The translations under genes and the position numbers were made by a program. Under the pieces are notes generated by a model. That model was not told where the DNA came from and did not search any database. It worked only from the letters and a program-made list of their open reading frames with translations. A DNA stretch of 64,000 nucleotides from Selaginella moellendorffii (taxonomy: Eukaryota > Plantae > Lycopodiophyta). Each line of letters begins with the position of its first letter. The stretch's first letter is position 1. The stretch is taken from NCBI RefSeq assembly GCF_000143415.4, contig NW_003314316.1, positions 1,279,796-1,343,795 of the forward strand. Direction: 5' to 3'. Shown here piece after piece: positions 26,950-39,500 of this stretch.

Positions 26950-28179
26950 TTTGTCGGGGTCAAAATCTTCCATGAACCTATCATTCCGTGTGATCATTAA
27001 GTTATGTAGCACACAATAAGCCATGATGTTATTTGCAAGGATGCCTGGATGACCTCCGAATCCTTTTCGAGCTAGCAATTTCCATTGCCTCTTTAAAATT
27101 CCAAAAGATCACTTGACAACAATCCTCGTAGAAGAATGAAGGAAGTTGTACTGCTCTTTGCTATGAAACCTGTTTGGATATGAGACCAACACCGGTAAAG
27201 CACAGTAATATCCTCCATCTGCAATGATATATTGTGGAATGTCCCCAAACTCTGTGTGGTATACTGGACCACATAAACGCTTCTTCTCAATCCAAGCCTT
27301 CTTCAAACCACTAGAATTCCAAACTCGTCTATCTGGAACACTACCTGCTATCCCTATTGTTATGTCAAGGAATGAAGTCTTACTGTCTACCACGGCTTGA
27401 ACTACCATCGAGTAGTACTTTTTTGCCCCAGCATACCAATCCGTTGCATCCTCTGATCCTGGGAGCTCGATTGCAATGTGAGTGCAATCCATTGCACCAC
27501 AACAATTTGGAAATCCACGCAATCTCTGAAATCCAGTTATAACTTCTTTCATTCCCTCCTCATCCGGCCAATGGATCATTAGTCCTTCATGCTCAAGCAA
27601 TGCATACCTGAAACGGCATAGACAAGCTTGGGCAATGCATGAAGCCACTCCAAATGCATCACCAATTGTTCGCCACATATCCCCGGATGCCAAACGTTTC
27701 AAAGCAATAGCTACTTGCTTTGAAATAGGCAAGTGCCGCCTTGGTATTTCTGCCAAACCTGGAGGAGGCCTCCTAACCAATTTTGGAGCAAGCTCATCAC
27801 AAAGAAAAGTGAATATAGATACCGAAACCCGAAAAACTTCTCTGAATCTTTGTGGATCTATATGAAGAACCTCAAGTTCTGTTTGATACCACCAGTGTAG
27901 ACTTCTCGGCTTGATGTAGTACACACTGATTGATAGCCCTAGGAGCTCCTTTTTAGTGATCACTCTCTCAACAAATGAAGATGTAGCAGGACATGGCATA
28001 GAAAGAACTATAGCAATCGCTTCCTCCACCATTCGAATGAACAAGAGTTTTCTTAAAACCAGAACTAAAATCATATCTTCCTCCTCCAGAAAGAACAACT
28101 CTACCAAATTTAAGTACCTCATCACAATCCCTACAGCATGGGAAATGATCGCCAAGGAAAAATCAGTGAGCCGTGGCAT
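26950..28179 (-). pseudogene. Harbinger (HARBI1-like) DDE transposase with a premature stop at 27109
   Basis: FREVFRVS..F..LC, KQVAIALKRLASG, GFPNCCGAMDCTHI, YSMVVQAVVD, GSVPDRRVW, YIIADGGY, YNFLHSSTRIVVK*SFGILKRQW...CVLHN. The homology continues past the TGA. Confidence 0.9.
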
Positions 28180-28464
28180 GGTGTGTGCTCAATTTAGGGT
28201 AAACAAAATTGGCACCCTAATCCTTTATGACGTGGCAAAAAAAACGCTGATGTGTAAACTTACGTGGCATATAAAGAAGAGGGTTACATGTAACCATTAA
28301 AAAAATGGGGAGGGGAGTTTTTTTTGGAGGGGGGGAGAAATTTCCAGGTGGGTGGAGCATGGAACCCTGCCCTTAGGACTTAGAATTATTCAAAAAGAAA
28401 AGTCCACGGTAGACTTTTCCCACGCTATACCTTTTACAAGAATGGTGCGGCGCTGGTAACGGGC

Positions 28465-30634
28465 ATGGCAGCAGCGACTTTGCTCAAGGCGATTCGAATT
28501 GCGGACAAGGTTGGCACAATATCCACTTCCAGCAAGGTCTGTAGAAACCAACGTAGGATCCTCATTGCGGCGGTCGGCTATGTCCGAGACTACCTCAAGC
28601 AAATCCAGGATCTCAACTTCGCGAGCAACGGGCCAGCCTTCGTGTGGGACGAAACCGTGGCTGTCCTTAACAGAGGCCTCCATCTCCTCAAGTCGTGCCA
28701 AGAAGGCAATTGGATCGCGCGGAGCCTGCTGTTCAAGGAAAGCTGCGATGAGTTCCAGAGCATTTATCCCGAGATCTACAACTGTGTCGAGCTCGTCAGC
28801 GTCTATCTCCTTCAGCTGGCACCGTCCACCTCGCACAGATCCAGGATTACCGAGGCTTACAACTCGTGCCTCATGAGGCAGAACTCGAGCAGCATGCTGG
28901 AAGAAGCCGAAAGGAACGATCGGAAGGAGCTCATGACTCTCGCAATGAGCCACGAGCCCGGGAAGCCTGACGACCGAGAGCGAAACAGCCAAAGAGATAC
29001 TTTGCTCCATGCTCCTGGGAAACAAGTCAGTGATTAACCACAAGGAACTCAAGCTGACAACACACCTGGGACAAGGAGGTTTCGGAACCGTGTATGAAGC
29101 AATCTGGCTCGGTCACAAGTTTGCAGTGAAAGTCTTCCCTCAAGGTGACAAGAGCTTCGCCAAAGAGCTCGCGGTTCTCGAAGCGGACAAGCATCCCAAC
29201 GTGTTGCACATCGCCGGCCAGTCTTTAGATGAAGAGAAGCAGCGGTACTCGCTGGTGATGGAGAAGATGGACATGGACCTGGCAAACTACGTCCTCAAGA
29301 AGAAGAAATCTCTCCCGTTGCTGTCGATCGTGGCAGTGATGCTCCAAGTTGCTACTGGCATGACGTGGCTTCACTCGAAGAATATAATCCACCGGGACCT
29401 CAAGCCGCAGAACATCTTGGTTGGCGAAGAAGACAACGATCTCGTGAGTATCAGGATTGCCGACTTTGGAGTCTCGAGGCCCGATTTCATCTCCTCCCTC
29501 ATCAGCAAAGCCACCGCCAAGCAAGGCACCAGAAACTTCATGGCACCAGAAGTGTGGACCAGCGAGCGCTACACGAAGAAGGCCGACGTTTACAGCTACG
29601 GGATGCTGAGCTACCAGCTTGTCACTGGAAACATTCCGTTCAAGGTCGGGATGGACATGGAGCAAGTCCTTCGAGGCGAGCGTCCTGAGATACCAGCCAC
29701 CTGTCCAGAGTTCCTGTCGCAGCTCATGCGGGAATGCTGGAGCCACGATGCAAAAGAGAGGCCTTCCTTCTCGGATATCTGCGAGCGGCTGAAGCAGCTC
29801 AAGACCAGGATCATCACTGGCACTGACTCCATCGATGAGTTACGAGCCAAGTTGGTTGCAGCAGCCAGGTCATCTTCCTCTTCTTCGTACTCGTCGTCTT
29901 CCTCATCCTCGTCGCACATCATGAACCTGGATTCTCCTGTCCAAGCACCTGAAGGGCTTTGGACCCAAAATCCTCCATCTCCCGTTGTCCAGGTAAACTC
30001 TTTTGCTTTATGTAACTTCTGGAGCTCACCACCTTTGGTTTCAGCCGGTACCACACCGTCCTCACCAAGTCGCACCACCAGATCAAAGGACCGAGCCCTT
30101 CGAACTGGTAAAGTACAGCCTCTTCATAAACGCCTTCGAGAAAGCTCTGTCCCTGAACGATCCTTCCACGGTCTGGTGGCTTTGCACCAAGGTAATCCAT
30201 TCACGTCCTCCAGCTGCTCATCAAAGCTTTGTCAGCTCAGGTGGAGCAAAGCGTCGTGCTCCTCTTCAGTGACTCAATGCTCATGGAAGTGGCCGAGCAA
30301 ATCAACACCAACTTCAAGGAAGACACTGCTCGCAGGTTGCTCTGGTTCGCCGAGATCCTGTTCATCTTGCTGTACGTCAACGTCAATGGACAGACATCAC
30401 CTCGGATGCAGAGGATCTTGGAGGAGCTTTCACAGAACCTCCACGGCATGATGGCTATAACACCGTCAAAGAGCGAGCTGGGGATGGAGCTGGCGAACGT
30501 GCTGAAAAGAACCAACGTGGGTCTTCGGGTTCGTATGAAGCTCTTCGTGTTATTCGTTTGATTCAAATCGTTTGTCGTCGCAGCGTATCCGATATGGGAA
30601 CAAACTTCAGAAGAAAGGGAAAAGAAAACTGTGA
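28465..30634 (+). pseudogene. Kinase-fusion gene copy 2 with a +1 frameshift (~28957) between the N-terminal domain and the kinase
   Basis: GAGCCCGGG here versus GAGCCGGG in the other copies. ORFs 28465-29037 and 29009 onward. Same intron positions. Last exon RIRYGNKLQKKGKRKL*. Confidence 0.85.
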
Positions 30635-30825
30635 AATAAAAAAGCTGCGGAACACCGGTAGTTTCTGAGTATTGAGATGTTCTAATTTTCTGCCTGCCAA
30701 AAGTATCAACCATGCTTCACGAAAGAACCATAAAGAACTTACCAATTCCCATTCGTAACTTCGTCTCATCCTGCCGGGATAAACGTGAAGGAAACTTACG
30801 AGATAAATATCAAAGCACAAAGGTC

Positions 30826-31372
30826 TCACCATTCTTTAGTTCTTAAACTCGAGTAGACGGTGAAGATCCCAACCTTTTCGATCTGGCAGCAGAGCCTTGG
30901 CAGCTTCCGCCGCAGCGCAGACACCAGTAGTTCTCGTAGGATCATCGCTCTCCGCTCAAAGAACGATTTTGCCGCTTTCAACTTCTCGGGATCCCCATAC
31001 TTGTATGGCTTGTAGACGATCCCGGCAGCTAGCCGTTGCTTCTTGAGCTTGGCTGGACGAACGTACGCATCGCCCAGTCTCTTCAAGCGCTTCTGGATCA
31101 CTCTCCTCCGGTACACTTGCGGCTCGGGGATCTTGGGATCGGCGAGCGGCAGGCGATCCGGAGGTGGCACAGCAACCCACCTGAAAATCCGATCGTTCGC
31201 GTCACCGCCTCCCGCTTTGTTGCGCTTGGCCGGATTCTTGGAGCCGGCGCCCTCGCCGTGCAAGCACTGCGTGTGGACGAGGAATTTGCTCCGGAATTTG
31301 AGCAAGCGCCTGCTCTTGATCCCTTCCTTCGCGTGAGATTGCGCGATCCAATCGGGCCATCGGCAGATCCTT
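30826..31372 (-). pseudogene. Antisense partner gene copy B, 3' part; the 5' part is displaced to 43821-43940 by a Copia insertion
   Basis: Nearly identical to 47687-48255. The flanks ...GGCAGATCCTTGG and TCTTCTTGGCGTAG rejoin to the sequence at ~48245-48275. Confidence 0.8.
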
Positions 31373-32919
31373 GGCCTGTGCCACGTGGCTAGTCCACGTG
31401 GAGAGACACGAGTTCATTATGCCATGACGGATCTTGAGCGTTTCACCTTTCGTTAGATGGTATCGGAGCAATGCCTGGGAGAGCGAGAAGAATTCGAAAC
31501 CGTAGGATCAGGGCGACACTTGCTAGGGTGAATCGGAGCCTCCGTCTACGTAGACAGGGGCGTGGCCTAATCCTAGCGCTCCAGGCCTTGCAAGAGGCAC
31601 TGGACAACTAAGAACCTGGACCTAGACTTGAACGAGTGGTGGGATTGGGTATCGGCACCCATGGCAGCCACTGTTCCTACAAATCCGCCTCCAAATCCAC
31701 CATCTCAAATCCGACTGTGTCTACAGCGGATATCATTTCAGTGGACGCAAATCCACCAAAATTTGATGGGAGGAACTGGCGCTTCTGGAAGACAAAATTC
31801 GAATCCTATATGGATGAACGAGGCCTCTGGGACATCACCACAGGAACTGAGACACTTCCAGATACAGCCACAATGGATGAAACTGCCAAGTATCGCAAGA
31901 AGGACCGGAGAGCTTTGGGCAAATTCCACGCAGCGCTGGAGGGGCGAGAATTCCATTGCATTGGACGGTGCAAGAGTGCAAAGGAAGCGTGGGAGGCCAT
32001 GAAGCAGACTTACCAGTTCCCTTCAACATCCCATCGCATTTTTCTACGGAAGCAGCTTCATGCACTGGTGATGGCTGAAGGGGACGACCTCAAGGATCAT
32101 CTTGCTGCTGTGCGAACAATCCTAGATGATCTTAAGGATGTGGGAGCAAACATAGAGGATGAAGAAGAAGCAGAGCTGGTGCTCGTCACACTTCCTCCAT
32201 CCTTTGATCCTCTCATACGTAGCCTCACTACCACTGGAACTACTCTAACCCTGAATGGCGTGATCAGTAGCCTCCAGGACGATGATCTGAGACGAAGAGC
32301 AACAACAGGATCAGAGGCCGTTGCATTCTACTCTTCTCTCAGGAAAGAACCAGTGAACAAAGGGAAACAAGGAGCCTCTTCATCCAAGAAGCCCAAGTGT
32401 TCTCATTGCAACAAGAAAGGCCATGACGAAGCTCAATGCTGGGTGAAAAATCCATCTCTCAAGCCTGCAAGGAACAATGCAAAGAAAAAGGTCGTACATG
32501 CCTTCATCTTGTCACGAGCTATGGCTGTGGCAGCACTGTCTACAGAGTGCATCTACCTGGATTCTGCTGCTACAGACCATATGTTCAACAGTGATAAGTA
32601 CTTTGAAGCCTATGTTCCTACAGCCACTGAGGAGTATGTCATAATTGGCAATGCCCAGCAGCTTGCTGTGAAAGGAATTGGAACCATCATTCACTTTACC
32701 ACAAGGAATAGTCGTGAAGATTCATGAGGTTCTTTATATTCCTGGTTTATGTGCTAATTTGTTCTCTATGGGCCAATTTGCTAAGGATGGGTATCAGTTT
32801 GCCATTACACCTTGCCAATTCCAGCTGATCTCGACCACAGGAGCTATCCTCACAGTGTCCTGGCCTGAACGGCATGACCTCTACCACCTTACCATGCTGC
32901 CCGACACGAACCATGGGAA

Positions 32920-34565
32920 TATTCTAAGAATATTCTATGGCATGTGGCCGTAATGCCTTAAGGGTTGGGAGGTTGGCCTAGGGTTTGTTCTCTTGTTCGT
33001 TTCATTGGTATTAGAGTAGTATGTTCTTTTGGGGATGGCAAGTGAGCAAAATATTGATCCTAATGAGGAGTATGGCGTTAATGATGATAGCTATGACGAT
33101 GTGAAAGAAACTTTTGATGATGTCGTTATGTGGCAAGGACGCCAAATTTCTAAGGTTCAAAACGACATAAAGGAAGTTAAGGATTTCGTCAATCTTATTA
33201 AGGATTTTTTGCTTCTCATGGACCCTCAAGGGTTGAGTCAATCTCATGTCCGTGATTACCATTAGTATGTCAAGCATCTCAAGGATTATGGTATCATGGA
33301 ATGAAAATCATCACCAAATGTTTGTGATAGTCAAGAGGTTGATTCTTGGTTGAAATTATGGGAAAGTTGTTAGTCTCACAATTCTTATGAGGATAAGGTG
33401 AAGATAAATTTCTTTGTGACGAAGCTTACGGGCCATGCTTCTTCGTGGTGGAAGAACTACATCAAAGCTAATCCAAAGCTGACTTCTTAGACTAATTTGA
33501 CGAAGGTTTTCCACACTTCATTTGTCAAAAAGTTTGAAGAGGTTGATCTTGTGAGCTAGCTGTTAGAGATCCGGCAGGGGACTTTGTCTTTAGATGCGTA
33601 TGCCCGCAAGTTTCGTGATCTTTGCCTTGGTCTTACGGGCACCTATAATGAGCTGCTAAAAGTGTAATGTTTCATCAAAGGATTGAGCTCAGTGGATATG
33701 CAGTAGAAGGTCAAAAAAGATTTTCCAGCAACATTGACTGATGCTATCACTAAGGCTCAAATCTTTTTGCCCAAACCGTCGGTCAACTAAGTCAACTCTG
33801 GTTAAAAGGATGGTCTCCGGGGTGGTCAACGTGATGACCAACCCATCAATACTTCATCTTCAGGGAAGAAATAGCCATTGTTTCATTGTAGCTCGAAGAG
33901 TGGAGATGGTAATGAGGCAAAAAGACATTGGTTAGACCAACAAGAGAAGAACAAGGTGGAGGGCAATTGTTTTTGTTGTCACAAGGCTGGACATCATGGC
34001 AAGGATTGTCCTCTTGTGAAGGGATCAAAAAATGCTAAAGTGAATGTGGTGGAATCCATTGTGAATACAGCTCAGGCATTTGTTGTGGTGGCTCTTCCAC
34101 AAAAATTCAAGAATCTAAATCTCGAGTTCATATCAACTCTGTTGAGATTAATGGTTCTATGCACAATCAACTTGTGAAGGCCAAAGGGGACATTCAGGGT
34201 AATGCTGTTAGTATTCTTTTTGATCCAGGTGCTACACACAACTTTTTGAACTCCAAGGTGGTGAAGAAACTTGGTTTGCCTGTGGAAAAGAGTTCAATCA
34301 TCTACGAGATGGTTATGGCAGATGGATATAGCACTCATGTTTACGGTGAATGGGCTCCAAGTGTTCCTTTGACGGTTCAGGGGATTCTCGACCATTTTAA
34401 CATTTGAAGCAGTGTTGTATCTCTGCTCCAATATTGAAGATTTTTGATCTTGAAAAGCCTTTTGTGGTCGAGACAGATGCAAGTGACATTGCTATTGGAG
34501 CCGTATTGCTTCAAGTTGGGCATCCTCTTGTATATATGAGCCATAAGTTTGATGCCACACAGCGG
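32920..34565 (+). mobile_element. Gypsy-type internal fragment (gag, zinc knuckle, protease, RNaseH piece) embedded in the Copia, without LTRs
   Basis: KLTGHASSWW, CFCCHKAGHHGKDC, ILFDPGATHNF and APILKIFDLEKPFVVETDASDIAIGAVLLQ. Confidence 0.7.
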
Positions 34566-36303
34566 AAAGGCTCTCTATGCATGCACCATGGAGGGCTGGG
34601 TCATTCCGCTGTTCAGCTCGAGACATGGTCTCATCTTGTGCAGCTGGGACTCCGAGGACCTATGGAGAAGCCATGGCCTCACAGGAAGCGTATTACTGGC
34701 GTGTAGCAATGGAAGCCGAGATTGCTTCATAGCAAAAGAACAAGACACATGTTCTTGTTCCAACTGTGCCTTCCAATCGCCAGGTTATCAAGAGCATGTG
34801 GGTGTATGCTCTGAAGATTAATCCTGATGGCTCAGTTCGCTACAAGGTGCAATTGGTGGCGAAAGGATGCTTGCAAGTTCCTGGACTTGACTACAATGAC
34901 ACCTTCGCTCCCGTGATGGATGTGACCACGGCGTTTCTTTATGGTGCGCTTGAAGAAGAAATCTATATGGCACAGCCAGAAGGATTTCTAGCCGCTGGAA
35001 AAGAGGATCATCTCTGGCTTCTCAAGAAAGCTGTCTACAGCTTGAAACAAGCACCCAGATCTTGGTACAAATGCTTTGACGATTTTATACTAAGTGTGGA
35101 CTTTTCCCGTAGCATGGCAGACCCAAATCTTTATATTCAGGTGGACGGTGAATCATTTGTGATCATCGCTCTTTATGTTGATGATACTCTTGTCATCCAT
35201 AATCACCGCTTAATTTTTCTCCAGGTTAAGTGAGATCTTTGCAGCCAATTCGAGATGAAAACTCTTGGCTCAACTTCCTACTTTCTTGGCATGGAACTTG
35301 TGTGTGATCACTCTCAACACACTATCTATCTTCACCAAGCCAAGTATATAGAAGAGATGCTAGCCAGGTTTTCTATGACGAGCTCTAATCCAGTGGCGAC
35401 ACCAATGGAACCAGGCTGCTAGCTTTCACGAGCCATGTCTCCTAAGACAGAGGACAACAAGAGAGCCATGGACTCCATCCCTTACAGACAAGTGTAAATC
35501 ACAAATTTTTCCTTTCCAATTTGCCAACTTACCTCGTCTATTTGACCAACATTGCCTTGGCTTTTACCTAAGTTCCCTCACCAAGGTTCCCGCCTATTGT
35601 ACCAGCTACTACTTGGTCCTACTTGGTTTCAGCTACTCACTGCATGAGCAATGAAGCGTTAGCCATCCATCCAATGATTCCCAAATCTTTCCCAATCCCC
35701 CTCCCCAGGTTAGATTGGATTTAAGGTTTGGCTACACTCCCCGTAGGCACAAGCAGCCAAGCACACCAAGTCTCTAGGTTCTTAACATCCCTTGGTGCAA
35801 CAAGACTTGGTCATAGGACCCTCTAAATCCCAAGCCTTGGGTGCAACATTTGCTTCGGGACGCCAGGGCAAAACACCGTGGCCTAACGGCCCGTTATGGG
35901 TACCTCTAGTCCCCCCCCCCTCACTTCCATCTCGAAAGGAAGGCCCAAGCCCTTAGAAAGGGCTAGGACCAATGAACCACAAGGTACTCAAGTGGGGCAC
36001 GGCACCACTCCACATGAGCCAAGAGCACTGCAGTCAGTTTCCCTTCCGGGAGTGGGAGTACTCTTGAGCACTTCCTTGGGTGGCCCTCCGGCACCACTGA
36101 GTCCATGCTCACTCCCACCCAAGGCCCCTCGGTCCCAGTCTCAACTCAAGTTAGTTTGGAGGTACCACTGGAAAGTTCCTTCAAGACTGGTTCCTAGACC
36201 TCACTATCCCTACTATACTTTTGGAACCCCTTGCACAGCCCCCCCCCCCCCCCCCCCCTGGGAGACACACGCTTTGGGCTTTCACCCCTCGACTTGTATT
36301 AAT

Positions 36304-36555
36304 ACTCGGACTTGGTCTCGGACTCGATCTCGGACCCGACTTAGGACTCGATCTCGGACTAGATCTCGGACTTGACCTCGAACCCGATTTCAGACTCGAC
36401 CTCGGACTCGACCTCGGTCTCAGACCTGATCTCGGATATCGAACTTTGTCTCGAACTCGGTCTCAAACTTGGTCTCAGAGTCGGCCTTGGACTCGATCCC
36501 GGACTCTATCTCGAACTCGGTCTTAGAGTCGGTTTTAGACTCGATCTCAGACTTG
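36304..36555. repeat. Degenerate 12-bp tandem repeat (GACTCGATCTCG-like) inside the chromovirus LTR
   Basis: Visible periodicity, giving RTRS/LDLG low-complexity translations. Confidence 0.85.
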
Positions 36556-39500
36556 GTCCCATCCAATCAACTCTCTATCATTTCAGTCATGCTTTCAATG
36601 ATCCTTTAGCCTACGACACCTTGGGGAGTTGGTTCCTTACAACTCCACCACCTATAGAAGAAGTTCGATGCCAACATTGAACATATCTTTTTAATCCTAT
36701 GACTTGTTGACCACGTCTTCGGGGGCATCCCCCCACTTAGCGGTGTGTTTAAGTTAGCCTCCCCGGTCAAGAGCCCATGACAACGGAATATAGGTGTCCC
36801 TATACCCCTTACTTCACCACGCCCTAGTATGGGGTCGGGACTTGAACATAGCCTTACTTTACTAGAGGTTTGGGACTCAAACCCAACCTCCGTAGAATAC
36901 GTCTACGGATTCGACATCCCCGTGGGGAGTTGGGCGTAATTCCCTACGCCTGGTTGACCTAGCTAACCCATGCTAATTAGCTACCTTCGGCGCGCCTTCA
37001 AGTCCCAACATATGCCATTGCTCAACTTCACAAGTTGATACTTTTAATTGAACTTTGCATAACTATAGAGAGTTCTGCCATGCAGAAATTCCTCCACTAG
37101 ATCTCGCGCGTTCGCTAGGTTCTCCTCCGGTTCCCATGTTACTTTGCAGTGTGGAAAACCTTTCCACTTCACATGGAACTCTTTCACCTCGTGTGCTTGT
37201 CGCTTGCTCTTGCATGCATTGAGGATGGCCTCGACTTCATATTCCTCTTCCCCTTGGATAACCTCAGGTAAAGGTTTCACTTGGTCCTTGCGAAGTGGAT
37301 CCTCAAAGTACGGTTTGAGTAGGTTCACATGGAACACGGGTGCATCTTCCCCATCTCTCGAGGAAGTCGGAGGCAGTAAGCCACTTTACCGATTTGTGCC
37401 TCAATCTCGTAAGGCCCTGCGAACTTGTTTAATAAACTCAAGATCAGTTCATTTCCAGGAATAGATGCATTTTTACCTTTGGGTCAACTTCCAGCTGATC
37501 CCACTTGGTAGCCTTAGGTTCTTGGTGTTCAGCCACACCTTCTCCCCAGGTTGGAACTCTATGTCCCGGCGCTTCTGATTCGCATATTTGGTTTGCCTTT
37601 GTTGAGCCCGCTCCAAGGAATCCTTCACTAGATTCCAAATGTTGAGCCTTTCCACCATGAATGCCTCCATTGCAGGTAACTCTCCATGATATTTGGCCAC
37701 GCTGCGTTCCACAAGACCTTCAATAGCTCGCCCATTGATGACTTCCCATGACTCACCCCGATACTCGAGTGTGGTGAGTTGTTATAACACATTTCCGCAA
37801 GTCTTAAATGACTTACCTAATCGGTCTAGTCTCCCGAGACATAACATCGCAAATAATCCTCTAGCTGCCTATTCACCCTTTTCATTTGTCCATCTGTCAA
37901 GAAGTGTTAGTGCTACCAAACTTGACTTAATACTCAATACCTATCTGTGGGTGATAGGTTGTGTTGAATTTCAACTTGGTGTGATACTATTCCAGGAGAG
38001 TTCTCTAGAACCTACTGGTGAATATCTTATCTCAATCTAAGATGATCTCTTCTGGCCTTCCCTGCACTCAAACCACTTGTTCGAAGAATAGCTTCACCAT
38101 ACCTTCCGCATCCACTTCCGTTGTGGTGGGTATGAAATATGCCATCTTCGAAAATCAGTCCACCACCACAAATATCGCATCGAACCCCTCACTTGGGGGG
38201 AGTCCCATGATGAAGTCCATCGTAAGACATTTCCACTGGCAATCTGGAATTGGGATACTTTGTAATAAGCCCCCACTAGCCTTAGTCACGGCTTTGACCT
38301 ACTGACATGTTGGACATGTCTTTACATAGTCTTGGATGTCCTTAGCCATATCTGGCCAGTGATACTTCCTCTTGAGTAAGCCCATCGTCTTGGGCACTCC
38401 GCCATGTCCCGCAAGAGGTCTGTCATGACACTCTTTTAAAGCTATCTTCCTTAATTCCCCTTCTGGAACATACACCCTTGTTTCTTTATAATATATAAGT
38501 CCATTGCATTCCGCATAACTTGTTATTTCTTCCATTGGCAACTCACCTCTCTAGTGAGCTTCTCACGCCTCAGCAACACTTCTTGTGTTAGACCATCGCT
38601 CTTATACGTTGTCCGCACATTATCCCAAAAGGTTTTTGTTGTGCTAGATATTATTAACTTCAAGCTTGCTTTTCAACTTAGAGCATCTACCACAATGTTG
38701 CTCTTCCCAGGTTTATACAAAATCTCGCAATCAAACTCAGCCAAAGCGTTAGCCCACTGACCTTGTTTCCCTTTTAGGTCAGGTTGTGACAAGAAATGTT
38801 TCGTTGCCACATTATCCATGTAAACTTTGAAGTGCCTCCCAAGGTAGTGTCGCCACTCCTTGAGTGCGTTGACCACCGCAAATAATTCCTTCTTATGGGC
38901 AAGCCACTTTCACTGAGCCTTGTCCAACTTCTTCGAGAAAAACGCCATTGGATAGTTGTCTTGCTTCAAAATTGCGCCTAACACAAAGTCCGAAGCATCT
39001 GTTTCTACCTCAAAGTCCTTACCAAAGTCAGGTAACGCCAACACGAAGGTCTTCCTTAACTTCCCTTTGAGGTGGACAAATGCCGCCTCGCATTCCATTG
39101 TCTATACCATCTTCCTTTTACCTGTTTGGTCCGTTAAGGGCAGGGCTACTCTCGAATAATGTTTGATAAACTTTCGATAGTAGTTGCATAGCCCCAAGAA
39201 TGCCCTCAGCTTATGTACATTCAATGGTCACTCCCATTCCTGGATCACTTAGACCTTCTCAGGGTCCACCTTGAGCCCGTCCTTGCCCACCGTGTGCCCG
39301 AGAAACTTTACCTTTTGTTGAGCAAAGTCACATTTGCTCTCTTTAGCATATAGCTTGTGTTCCCTTAGTTTCTCAAACACCTTCGTCAAGTGTTCGGCAT
39401 GCTCCTCTAGCGTCTCGCTATATATCAGGATGTCGTCAATATAAACGACCACGAAGTGATCCAGATAGGGTACAAAATGTGGTTCATCAGCGCCAAAAAT

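Larger units (their letters stand above)
25837..28372. mobile_element. PIF/Harbinger DNA transposon, structurally complete
   Basis: TIRs GGGCGGGGTTCCATGCTCCACCC and GGGTGGAGCATGGAACCCTGCCC (1 mismatch). TTA TSD (25834-36 and 28373-75). The empty site ATGCCTTAGGAC is present in paralogs at ~9044 and ~45221. Convergent Myb-like and transposase genes. Confidence 0.95.

Noticed and set aside
36221-36680. RS/LDLG-repeat ORFs (also 42448-42989)
   Set aside because: Translations of the 12-bp LTR tandem repeat, not genes.
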